NCBI RefSeq assembly: GCF_009914755.1
Contig: NC_060925.1
Length of the DNA: 64,000 nt
Strand: one strand, 5' to 3'
Origin: the human T2T-CHM13v2.0 reference genome, Homo sapiens
Part shown: positions 16,951 through 31,011 of the stretch, piece after piece
Position numbering within the stretch: position 1 is the first letter of the stretch
Layout: each line of letters opens with the position of its first letter
Notes under the pieces: generated by a model
The model's database searches: none
What the model saw: only the letters and a program-made list of their open reading frames with translations
Told to the model about the DNA's origin: nothing
Position numbers and translations under genes: made by a program

Positions 16951-17177
16951 CTATCCCTCACTATCCAGACTCTTATCACCCAAACTCAGGATATAAATAC
17001 AATAGATTCAGACTGCAAATACTTGTGAATCTTAACATAAATTTTTAATATAATTTCACAGTGTTTAAAAAACTTTTGAGGATTTTTTAAGTAATATGCA
17101 GTACTCTACTAAATCTCATAAATACTAGCTGTAAAACATCTTAGAAAATATCTTCTTGTACCCTATTTCTCAGCAGT

Positions 17178-17880
17178 CTGTTGGAACAAGGATGGCAGCT
17201 ATTTAAGCTGTTGCCCCTCAGCTCCAAACTGCAGCACCCCTACCCGTATTCTGCTTTGTGGTGCTTGCACTAAGACTCTCTGTGAACCACATTCCTGCTT
17301 TGCCAGCTGGCTTCCTATAAAGCTCTCCCAAGAAGAGGCACTAAAGATGGACTGAAAGGTTGGAGGAAGAAGAAAAGACTATCTTCCTATCTAATCTTCA
17401 GGTTTCATAAGAGCCATTTCCCCAGCAAAGGCTTCTTCAGCCCTATAGCAGCAGGTCCTTCCAACAGCAACAAGTGAATCCAGCTTGCAGTGTTTCCAAC
17501 ACTTGCAGAACTAGCTTCATCATAAACCACTGAGAGACAGCAGCATCAGCCAGCAAGGTCTGGGTCCCAATCTCACAGAACCCCTCTGCCAAGCTCAGAT
17601 ACCAGCATCAATCATGCAGCGGCTTCTCAGAGGTCTAAGTGTCATTTCTTTGGGGACTTTCCTCTAAGTTCCTAATGTTTTCTCATTCCCTTTGGTCCCT
17701 GAGCCCTATGGGCAGCAGCTGCCGCCTGTTATGTCTATCTTTGTGATACTTTAGTTTTGTTTTTATCCTTTATGTTACTTAGTTAACACATTTATATCTA
17801 GTTATCAATTCTATTAAAGTATTATCTCTGTTCAAATACTGATATGGTTTCAGCCTCCCTAGAGAACCCTGAATGATAAA
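17178..17880 (+). mobile_element. ERVL LTR33-like solo LTR
   Basis: tgctttgccagctggcttcct...gaggcact; 3' end tggtttcagcctccctagagaaccctgaatgata. Confidence 0.6.
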
Positions 17881-19529
17881 ACAGTCTCATGTAGAATATG
17901 ATGTTGTTACAGTGACTTTTGTTGAAATGCAATTCTACCTATACCAGCAAGTAAAGTAGACCAAAATGTCAGAGCAATTTGGTTAAAATTACAGAGTATA
18001 CTTAACTATCACTACAAACTACTTTGCAGCCATTTTTTTAAGGAAAATTTAGAGGGTCTTTTTCTAATTCACATATAATATCTACTGGTATAAAAAAGGC
18101 AAGTTCTGTCTTTCCAAATTTTCTACAATATGTACTACTTTTTAATCATAAAAATACAGTAAGTCTAATTTTAACAACAATTCTAACAGAGTCAGGTTAA
18201 ACAAGGATCCACTATCATCCACAGAAAACAATACTTGTTTACCTTACCCAAAATATTTAGAGAGACTGGGGGAGAGAGTTTTAATTCACTTACTAACTAC
18301 CCTCTTCTAACCAACAAATTTTTTATACTTTCCTTCTATTCACTACCTTCACTTATACACAAATTGTCCACTCCCACTCATACCTGTGCCTACAAACTCC
18401 CACCTGCCTATCCATTTTCTGATTCCCAGCCATATGTCCAGTTCTTCTCCACCAACTCATTTGCTTCCTGTCTTGAGGTTAGCCACTTTCTAGATATACA
18501 GATAGTATATACAAGGTAGTATATACGAGAGAGAAGGCAAACAAGCAGTGTTTGTCAGTAGTTTTGAGTTACCTTAAGAGTTCTGGCTCTACTCCTATTG
18601 GGTAGTGTAGTGTGCAGGGGCCATTTCTGGTTTGGGGAAGACTCTATGGGAAAGTAGACTAAAATTTATTGTGGTTATTAAGTAATCCAGTTTTTCTTCC
18701 CTTCTTCGTCTCAAAACAATACTGGCTTCCACTAAGAAAAATCGGTGACAGACAATGGTCTTCTAAACATACATCTAAGAATGAGATTCCTCTGTTTCAG
18801 AGGTGGACCACACAGAATATTAGAGAAATGAAAGACATATATAAGGACACTAAATATCATGACTCCGAATGCCGTAGGGCTTCTCGGTTTATAAATTAAA
18901 TGCTAGATACCATGATTAAATATCATGACTCAGATGTCACAGGGCTTCTCAGTTTATAAATTAAAGGCTAGATATATAGCTATATCCCAAAAAATTCTGA
19001 TTCTAGAATATTGTGCAGAGGAATTACAACACAATGAGTAAATTATAACATAACTTACGTTACCTCTTCTCTTTCATCAAACAAAAGTTACACACATATT
19101 ATTCCTAACCCAATGTCATATAAAGGCTTAACCCAAAGATAAACATAGTATTCACATATAGAGATTTAAAATTTCAGTCAATTACATTAATATATGAGTG
19201 TTTCAGCATTTCCCACAACTAAAATATCTTAAGGAAGTCTAATCGGTAGAAAGTGGACACTAAAGAAATAACAACAGTCGTTTTACAAAAAAAAAAAAAA
19301 AAAAAAAAAAATGCTTTTCTACTGAGAAATAGGATAGTCAGCCTTGACTTGTGAAAAGTCAAATATGTAAAAACTACAAACGTAACTTCATTGTTCATTT
19401 TGTGTGTGTGTGTGGCATTCTGGAAAATCAGGATTTCTCTCAAGCCTAAGGATTCCCTGACTTCCCAATCATGGCTCTGGCAATTTTGTATCTGTCCTCT
19501 CTCTCCTTCTGCCCTCCAAAGCTGGGCAA

Positions 19530-19983
19530 TTGTAACACTTCATCATCTAGGCTGCTCCAACCACACTGACCTCCTCCATTCCTCCTCAAACATACAAGGC
19601 AGCCTCCTGCCTTGGACCTTCCTGCACTCCCTCTGTGCCTAAAGAATGCTCGACTACCACTTATCCAATATATGGCTCCCTCCATCATACTTTAAGATCT
19701 TCATTCAAATGTCCCCTTTTTCAGTGAAGCCTTCCCTTAGGACTGGCCTGTCTAAAATAACACATACTCCTATTATTTCCTATTCCCCTTCTCTATTTTT
19801 CTCCTTAGCCCTTTATCATATCACTAACAAATACTTATACTATTTTGTTTATTAATTGTCCCTCCACCAAAATATAAATTCCATGATTACAGGATTTTTA
19901 CATGTTATGCTCATTGCTATGCCCCAACATTTAGAATAGTATCTGACAACAGTAGATGCTCAATATGCTAGATGAATAAATGA
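19530..19983 (+). mobile_element. L2 3' fragment
   Basis: cacactgacctcct...tcagtgaagccttcc...agtagatgctcaata...atgaataaatga. Confidence 0.75.
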
Positions 19984-20442
19984 TATGGCTGACTGCACAA
20001 CCACATGTAACTAGTAGGTCCTGCCATCAACACTTCATATTCTAAGATTTCAATTAGCAGATTAGGTTTAGATTATTTTTCACTCTGGGAACCACGACAA
20101 TCCCTCAGGGGCCAGTGTGAAGGTAGAACATGGAAGCTTAAACCAGCAAAAAGAAGTCATATGTTTATCTGCTTTACTAATTTGACTTCACATATGAATT
20201 GATTGGCAAAACTCATCTGGTGACTTCAAAAATCTGAAACCACTGTGTTGTACACAACACAACAGTTCCTACTTTTTACATTTCTCATGTTTTATTGTAA
20301 ATGAGAGAAATCTAGATATTATGTTTTTACCATCCCTTAGAAAGAAATTAAAATCAGTATCTTCAGTCTTATTTAATAATCTGCTACAAAGGCAACCAAA
20401 TTTACTATGTTCTAATTAAATTGAGTAGAAAGCAGGTTTAGG

Positions 20443-21043
<601 letters not shown>

Positions 21044-21342
21044 AGATTAGTCTTTTTAAAAGAAACACAAAAAAGTGTTAATTATGTTGTTTCATTTACA
21101 AATTACCACCACACTATACTCAGTTCACTAAATGAAGATTAAAAGCATATCCAAATCCCATTACCACGAAAATTTCAGTAAGCAGAAATATCATTCCATT
21201 CCGCCAAATTGCACTACTTGACAAAACAAGCTACAATATTTTATTCTGAATCTCACCTTCAAATTCATTGTAATATGAGGTGACCAGTCTAACTTTTAAA
21301 ATGTTATATGTTCTAATAAAGAAAAAAAAAAAGAGCACTCAC

Positions 21343-21386
21343 CTTAATGAAGTTACAGATGGACAAGCCTGTCCATACAAACCCAT
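21343..21386 (-). CDS. FOXJ3: FOXJ3 first coding segment (forkhead box J3), MGLYGQACPSVTSL plus 2 nt of the Arg15 codon
   Basis: Minus-strand ATG at 21386 reads ATG GGT TTG TAT GGA CAG GCT TGT CCA TCT GTA ACT TCA TTA AG|gtgagt (44 nt, phase 2). Peptide matches the human FOXJ3 N-terminus as I recall it. Confidence 0.95.
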
Positions 21387-21403
21387 CTGGCCACAAAGAG
21401 AAT
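21343..21403 (-). other. FOXJ3: FOXJ3 exon 2 (61 nt: 17 nt 5'UTR + 44 nt CDS)
   Basis: Acceptor tcttctttgcttttcag| (AG at 21405-21404) and donor AAG|gtgagt (21342-21337). Confidence 0.93.
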
Positions 21404-21942
21404 CTGAAAAGCAAAGAAGAGTTAGTTATCAGATACTGCAAAGTAAATTAAACCATAAGTCTCACTTTAGATTTAATTTAAAACACTCTGAAAACAGAAG
21501 TAGAATGTTCTACTAAAGAATTCTACTAAAAGAATCACCCCATCAGAACACAAACTTACATGAAAGAAAAATGCTACTGAGTCATAAGAGGGATTACACT
21601 CAGACAGACAGACATATCAGGAAGCCTACAGACATATCAGGAAGCATAACAGAAATAGATACACTATAACTGTAACATCTAAAGAAGCTGAGATTTCATA
21701 ATATGTAACAAATGATTATGGCTATGTCATAAAGTGTCCAAACTGTTTTAGTAGAGTCCTAGGGATTCTAGAGAGGTGCCCAAAAGCTACCACAGAGTTA
21801 AGCATGCAAGGTTCCAACCCCCAAGTAAGTGCCCCACCAAATCTATTCTTCCATCAAAATAGTGCTACCTTTATTGGTTTTAAATATTGGACTTCACAAA
21901 GATTTCATCTAAGAAACAAACAGTTCCATTGCTTTAAAAAAA

Positions 21943-21944
<2 letters not shown>

Positions 21945-21983
<39 letters not shown>
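21945..21983 (+). repeat. (GTA)13 trinucleotide STR
   Basis: Counted directly; follows an A10 run. Confidence 0.97.
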
Positions 21984-21999
21984 AAGAGAAGCACTGAAA

Positions 22000-22240
22000 C
22001 AGAAAGAACTTTGAATTCAAATTCTAGATTTTAGGTTCAAATTCTAACTGTGGCACTATAGACACCTTAAAGGATTTATATAACTTCAATGAACCTCAGT
22101 TTCTTCATCTGTAACGTGGGGCTAATACCACCCACATAACTTTATTCAGAGGGGATTAAACTGCAAGCTTGTTGTTAGAATTAAATAAATCAACAAATGT
22201 AAAAGTGTCTATCAGCACTACTATGGAGCACATGGGAGGG
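22000..22240 (+). mobile_element. MIR
   Basis: ggttcaaattct...cctcagtttcttcatctgtaa. Confidence 0.7.
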
Positions 22241-22269
22241 TATCAATATTTTCATTGGGCAGAACGATG

Positions 22270-22735
22270 ATTCACAAATGCCTAATGGTAACACATAAAT
22301 GGGATAAGGTAAAATGGGTTTAAGTGTATACATACGCATACACTGCACAAGTGGCGGAAACTGTGAGCAACTGAAGAGAGCAAGTTCAGTCTGAAGGGAT
22401 CAGGGCTATTGCCAGTTCTAGTCAATTGTTGCTAGGCAGGAGTATTATAGACCCAGCATTTTAAGAACTTCCAATTTTTCAAGAGAAACAAAAAAATCCA
22501 AAATTTTACCTGCAATCTCTTGATTTTTTAACGTTTTAAAAAAATACAGATGGGGTTTTGCTATGTTGCCCAGGCTGATCTTGAACTCCTGGGCTCAAGT
22601 GATCCTCCTTCCTCGGCCTCCCAAAGTGCTGAGCTTACAGGTATAAGCGACTGCACCTGGCCCTGATTTTCATTTCCTAAATACTATGTAGGCCAAACAG
22701 AAACTGGATTTTGCTGCAAGTTTGTAACCTTTGGT
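22270..22735 (+). mobile_element. MER102-like DNA element with an inserted Alu monomer (FLAM, 22535-22661, minus)
   Basis: aattgttgctaggcagga...tttttcaagagaa...ggccaaaca...agtttgtaacctttg. Confidence 0.6.
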
Positions 22736-23353
22736 TTAGAAGGTGATTGAAGTCCCTGCATCTAATAATTATCCCTGCATACACTGAAGAGAGACGCAGA
22801 TAGACACTTCTATTTCTTCCAGAATGACAGGGTGGATGGCTCAATCTCGTAACCACTGAAAATAACGAAAATGCTGAGTAAAGTATCTTAAAATCTTTAC
22901 ATATAAATCAAAAACTTGACAGAAAATGAGGTATGATCAGAATCCAAAAACTAGGTGAAACAGTGGAAACTAGAAAGGTATGCAGAGTACTGACAATAGC
23001 TTTCCTTCACCTTTAGGGCATTATGCCAAGCACTATGAATTCTGGCTTGCAATTCCAAGACCTTGTGGGACACAATGTACAAGATGCAACAACGTTCAGA
23101 TCTTAACCAAGAGAACTGCCAGGAAAACTGCTTTTTTAACCTTAGCACTTAGGGCTGGTGAGGGGATCCAGGACTATGACAGCAGCAATGTTCAGTTCTT
23201 AACCAAGAAAACTGCCAGGAAAACTACTTTTTTAACCACAGCACTTAGTGCTGGGAGGGGATCAGGGACTGTGACAGCAGTGCAAGGGTGTCTTCCCTGA
23301 TATTTCACAACCACAAGCTGATCTTCCCCTAGATTATGGTTTTAAAACCTTCA

Positions 23354-23657
<304 letters not shown>

Positions 23658-23928
23658 GCTTCATACCTAGAATTGTGTTTAGGGTAGCCCTAGGATGGTT
23701 GTATCCCCCACCCAATCTTGATAGAAGCAAATGTACGTTCTCTCTGGAGGAAATCACCTTTGACCTAAGCCTGGAAAAATTCCCACAGGTAAGATCTCAA
23801 AATAAATGTATTCATAACTAAAAATCACAAAACCCAGAAGGAAATCAGCCACTCACAGCAAAATACAGCAGAAACATCAGTTAGCACAATAAACCACAAG
23901 GAATGCAGATATAGAAGTTACTAGACAT

Positions 23929-24124
23929 CCTTGGGACCAGGGTCCAGTGTGGACTGCCCCTCGTCCTGGGAAATGGGGTGTGGCTAAAAAGGCAGCCGTC
24001 CCCTTGCCTGTCACGGAACACACTTTCGTGGGGAACCTGGCGCTAAACCACTCACAGACAACCTGCCTCTGGGTCATGGTTTCGTACACAGCAGAGCAGC
24101 TTTCTTTATTTAAAAGAAAAAAAA
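23929..24124 (+). pseudogene. Retroposed 28S (LSU) rRNA 3'-region fragment with A-rich tail
   Basis: ttcgtggggaacctggcgctaaacca...cctgc(c)tctgggtc...ggtttcgtac...agcagagcagc matches the human 28S 3' region from memory, with many CpG>TpG/CpA changes; tail aaaagaaaaaaaa; TSD ttactagacat at 23918-23928 and 24125-24135. Confidence 0.9.
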
Positions 24125-24415
24125 TTACTAGACATACTTCTTTACTGTTTTATGTGTGATTTACCTAGTCTTGTATTTTAATTGCCTGAAGGTAGATAGA
24201 TCTCAAATCTTCATCTCTAGCAGAGATCAATCTCCTAATCTCCAAACAAATATCTAACATTCCCTCCTGGAAATCCCAAATTTACCATGTTTAAAACTGA
24301 ATTCATCATCTTCTCTTAATATACTTCCTTCCTGGATAAAATGGCACAGCCTTTTCATCTAAGAATGGCTTTCAGGTTTCTAGCTTAACTCTTACTCTTT
24401 GTTAGAGCAGACTAA

Positions 24416-24855
<440 letters not shown>

Positions 24856-25059
24856 CCTCAGTCTCTTTCTTTTCACTCTCCATCCAGGATTCTAGAAGGC
24901 AATGATCTGAGTGTGTCTGCTCTGCTGACCCAAACATCCTCTAGGGTGCACTGTCCCACTGACAGATGGGCATGAGGGGCTGCAGAAAGTCAGCCAACTC
25001 ATTTGGCTCTTAAACCTAAGTCACGTTCTACAATATAGGTTTTATCAAAAACAAAGGCA

Positions 25060-25675
25060 ACTCCTTTGAAAGTTAAACACAGAGTTACCATAAAACCCAG
25101 CAATTATAAGCATATACATCTCCAAGAGAATTTAAATGTTCCTACAAAAACATGCACACAAATGATCATTTGCACACAAATGTGCAGCACTACTCATAAA
25201 GCCAGTAAGTGAAAATAACCCAAATGTTTGTCAACTAATGAACAGATAAACAAAGTATGGTTTATCTAAGTAATAGCCATAAAATATACAATGCAACTTT
25301 ATTCAGCCATAAAAAGGAATGAAGTACTTTTACATGCTACCACATAAATGAACCTTGAAAGCCTCATGCTAAGTGAAAACGACACAAAAGACCACATGCT
25401 GTATGATTCCATTTATACGAAATGTCCAGAACTGGCAAATCTATAGAAATGAAAAGTAGATTGGTGGTTGCCAGGAGATGGGGGAAGAGAGGAAGATTGC
25501 AGATGGGAAGTGACTGCTAGGAGGTTTCTTTTTAGAGTGATGAAAATGGCCTAATTGATAGTGGTAATGGTTGCACAACTTTGTGAATACATTAAAAACT
25601 ACTGAATTGTACACTTTAAAATGGTGAACTTCACAGTATGTGATTTTTACCTGAATAAAAAGCTAATTTTTTTAA
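25060..25675 (+). mobile_element. L1MB 3' end
   Basis: acagagttaccata...atgaaccttgaaa...tacactttaaaatggtgaa. Confidence 0.85.
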
Positions 25676-26478
25676 AGGTACTGTCTTGCTTCTTCATCTG
25701 TAGGTTCTTATTTCTCAATCAGCTCAAAACTCAGGCAAGGGAAAATGATCTCATACTAAACTGTCCAAACACCAACACCCTTAGTACCTCCAATAAGTTA
25801 CCATTTACTATCAAATTCTAACTTCTAGTTATCTTTCCAATCTGCTCTAGCTTCAATGCTTTAGTTCCAGTGTTATTCATTTTTCCTCTAGATTACCGTC
25901 CTTAAATGACGTCCTGAACCCTAGCCTTGTTGACTGAAAGAACAAACATATATCAGTCTTCTCCCTACCCAGGCAACTGAACAGCAACAGGGTAATCTCA
26001 CAAAAGAAGGCTAAGGTTCACATTGAAGTCAGGAAATTTCAAAGTCCTCCAAGTCACAAACAAATCTCTGTGGCATCAACTGTAGTTGAACAACTATATT
26101 AACTCATTCAGTTACATCCATAATTTATTTACATGGTTTTATTTGGTGCCAACAGCATAAATCTCCAAATCTTTTGAAAACTAATATGTATCAAGAAAGA
26201 GTAGAATGACACAACCAGAATGAGTACTAAAAGCCAGGCATTAGCTAATGAGTATGCTGCAATACAAGCTATTTACTGTATTATATTCCATTACCAACAG
26301 AAAAGCATGGAATTTCTTTTAACATAAGCAGTATTCAAGTGTACATTAAACTGAGTTACAAACTATCCACATTTAGGAAGCAGCCATCGCAACACACTAA
26401 CAGTTGTATAATAACATATTATCTGGGGGCATGGAGTGAAATAGAACTAAGTATTTTGAAAAAGCTCTGAATAAGTTC

Positions 26479-26788
<310 letters not shown>

Positions 26789-27087
26789 TCGAAATACTTA
26801 CGAGCTCTCTCCCCTCTCCCACCTACACAGAAATGCAATGCTTTATAATTTACAAAAAACTTACTACCATTCATGACCTTGTAGCTGAAGACTCAAGACT
26901 GGAATCCCAACTATTGACAGTTACTGTGTGACCTTGGATATGTTAACTTCCCTAAGGCTTAATTTCCTCCTTCATAAGAATGGAAAAATGCAGTAAATGC
27001 CTCAGTTACTATGACAGTAGCTTGAGTGAAAGCATTAGTGTAACACCAGACAAAGGTAAGAATTAAAAATTTGTTAAAACTATTACA

Positions 27088-27356
27088 CTTAGGAATGGAA
27101 AACCAAACGATGTATGTTCTCATAAGTGGGAGCTAAGCTATGAGGATGCAAAGGCATAAGAATGATACAATCGACTTTGGGGACTCAGGGGAAAGGGTGG
27201 GAGTGGGGTGAAGGATAAAAGACTACACATTGGGTACAGTGTACACTGGTCGGGTGATGGGTGCGCCAAAATCTCAGAAATCACCACTAAAGAACTTATT
27301 CATGTAACTAAGCACCACTTGTTCCCCAAAAACCTACTGAAATAAAAAAATTAAAA
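27088..27356 (+). mobile_element. L1PB 3'UTR fragment
   Basis: gagctaagctatgaggatgcaaaggcataagaatgatac...aaatctcagaaatcaccactaaagaactt. Confidence 0.88.
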
Positions 27357-28494
27357 ATTCATTTTTTATTTATTTTATTTATTTAAAAAACTGTCACAGC
27401 TCTAGAGGTCAAGAAGCTATTCCCTTTTTTTGCTTCTGAATTCAGCCATATCTTTCCAAAAGACTTGAAAGTATAACATTCACTAACATTCATGAAGAAA
27501 CAACCCCTTTGATTCAAGAAACTTGACTGAACATTTCAGATTATTATACCATTAGTAACAGGTAATCATTAAAGCAGTCACAAAAATAATCTGTATCCTA
27601 ATCAACCCAAATAGAAGAACTGTGCCAGAGGAAAGAGTAAAGGGAAAGAATCCTGATGAGTGAGAAGCAATCAGTTGTTCATCCCAGCCACTCTAGCTAA
27701 ACCTGAAGGCAGAGGTGCATCTTGAGCTAAGAAGTCATCTGCTTTCAGAGAGCAATTAAAATCATGAGGATCTGCAATTCACCACAGAGTATCTATCAGA
27801 AGAGAGGCCACACAGATAATTAAGAGAAACCATAAAAAAAAAAAAAAAAAAAACTTGAGGAAGTTGGACTGCAGATAGCAGCAAGTGATATAAGAGAGAG
27901 AAAGGCAATCATGTTCAGTGTAGATCAAGAAGGATAAAAACTGAAAAGAGAATACTGGCTTTTAATAGAAGATAATAATACGACAGTGGGTAAGTTTTGT
28001 GGAATAGTGAAGGCAAAAATTAGCATGGATAGGGGTTAAGAATCAGGAGTGAAAGAAAAATAAAAGTTTAGCTACAAGTTGTATTAAATAAAATTAAGTA
28101 GAAAATGTAAGAACAGAAGGTATAGATTAAGAATTCAGGAAAGGTAGAGAATGTTAGAATTTTCATCACATTATCTCTATTACCTTATTTTATTCTTCAT
28201 AAATAGAAATAGAAAACCGAAAAGCTCATCACCATCTGATATGATTTTTATTTCTCCCCCATCAGAATGTGAGCTCCATGTTTCATTCTCTGTTATATTC
28301 CCAAAACCTAGTATAAAGCCAGCACTCATATTTATTCAGTGAATGAATAAACCAGATTCTTCAAAAATTGGGGGGAAAAAAGAAACTTAAAATGAGATCT
28401 GACAACTCACCAGGTCTTTACTTAATACAGTCTTTTGTATCCATCACTTTATCTCTAAGCAATTTAGGACCAATCTGCAGTTAGAAGACCAAGT

Positions 28495-30020
<1,526 letters not shown>

Positions 30021-30842
30021 AATAAGTTCAGAACCACCACACACAAATGTTTTTATTCTGTCACATTCCTGCTGCTTCTCTCACTAGTGCCACAGGATCC
30101 ACCCCCAAACCCCAAAGCTGGAACAGGAAAGGGTGAGTAAAAGTAACTATCTCACCAGAAAACAACTCTAGAAAAAACAATTACTTACAAATCTATAACT
30201 CCTTGAACCATTCAATAGTTTTCTGGTGGCCTCCACTATTTTTAAACCATATTGTTTATTCACTAAACACGTTTAATGAAGATACATGTACAGCCAATAA
30301 AAAAGTTTCATACACCTGAAAAAATTATCAAGGAAACTACCACTATCTACAAATCGACTACTTCGGCTATACTCCTCTCCTCCTAAAACAAGACCAGGGG
30401 CAGGAAGAGACTAATAGAAGATGAAAAAAAATCAGCTTCAGCTTTTAAAGACTGTTTTAACAGTAGGAAATATACGTAACTGCCTCTTTTCCTCCATATT
30501 TTAGGACTAGTGTCAATAAAAGAGGTGGTGAGCGTGGGGGAGGGGGGGCTTCCTGGCCAAACATCACAGAGCTATAACTTCTTCCAAACCCCAAACCTTA
30601 CTTCCTGCAATTTATGTAAACAGATCACAGGCCACCCTCTTCAAACTAAATCATAACCCAAGCAAACAGCACAAGATTCTATTTCTGGGTCTGTCATTAA
30701 CTCACTAGATAATCCTGAGGCTTCAGTCTCTCTACTTTGCTCAAAAACTTAACTACCTAATATTTGGTCCCAAAATCGTATCATGTGGTCTAATAAAGAA
30801 CCCTTTCCCAATTTACACATTTATTTTTACAGAAAACCTGAA

Positions 30843-31011
30843 AAAGGTATATGAAATTAGATCACACCGTATGTTTAAATACTGAAATTATACAGTATAT
30901 GAAATTAGATCACATTATATGTTTAAAGGTATATGAAATTAGAGGTATACGATATTAGATCACATTATATGTTTAAAGGTATATGAAATTAGATCACATT
31001 ATATGTTTAAA
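30843..31011 (+). repeat. AT-rich minisatellite, ~34-bp unit aaaggtatatgaaattagatcacattatatgttt with partial units
   Basis: Four near-copies plus ~16-bp sub-units. Confidence 0.9.

Noticed and set aside
30843-31011. CRISPR-like repeat/spacer appearance
   Set aside because: Eukaryotic intron; the spacers are sub-copies of the unit; no cas genes.
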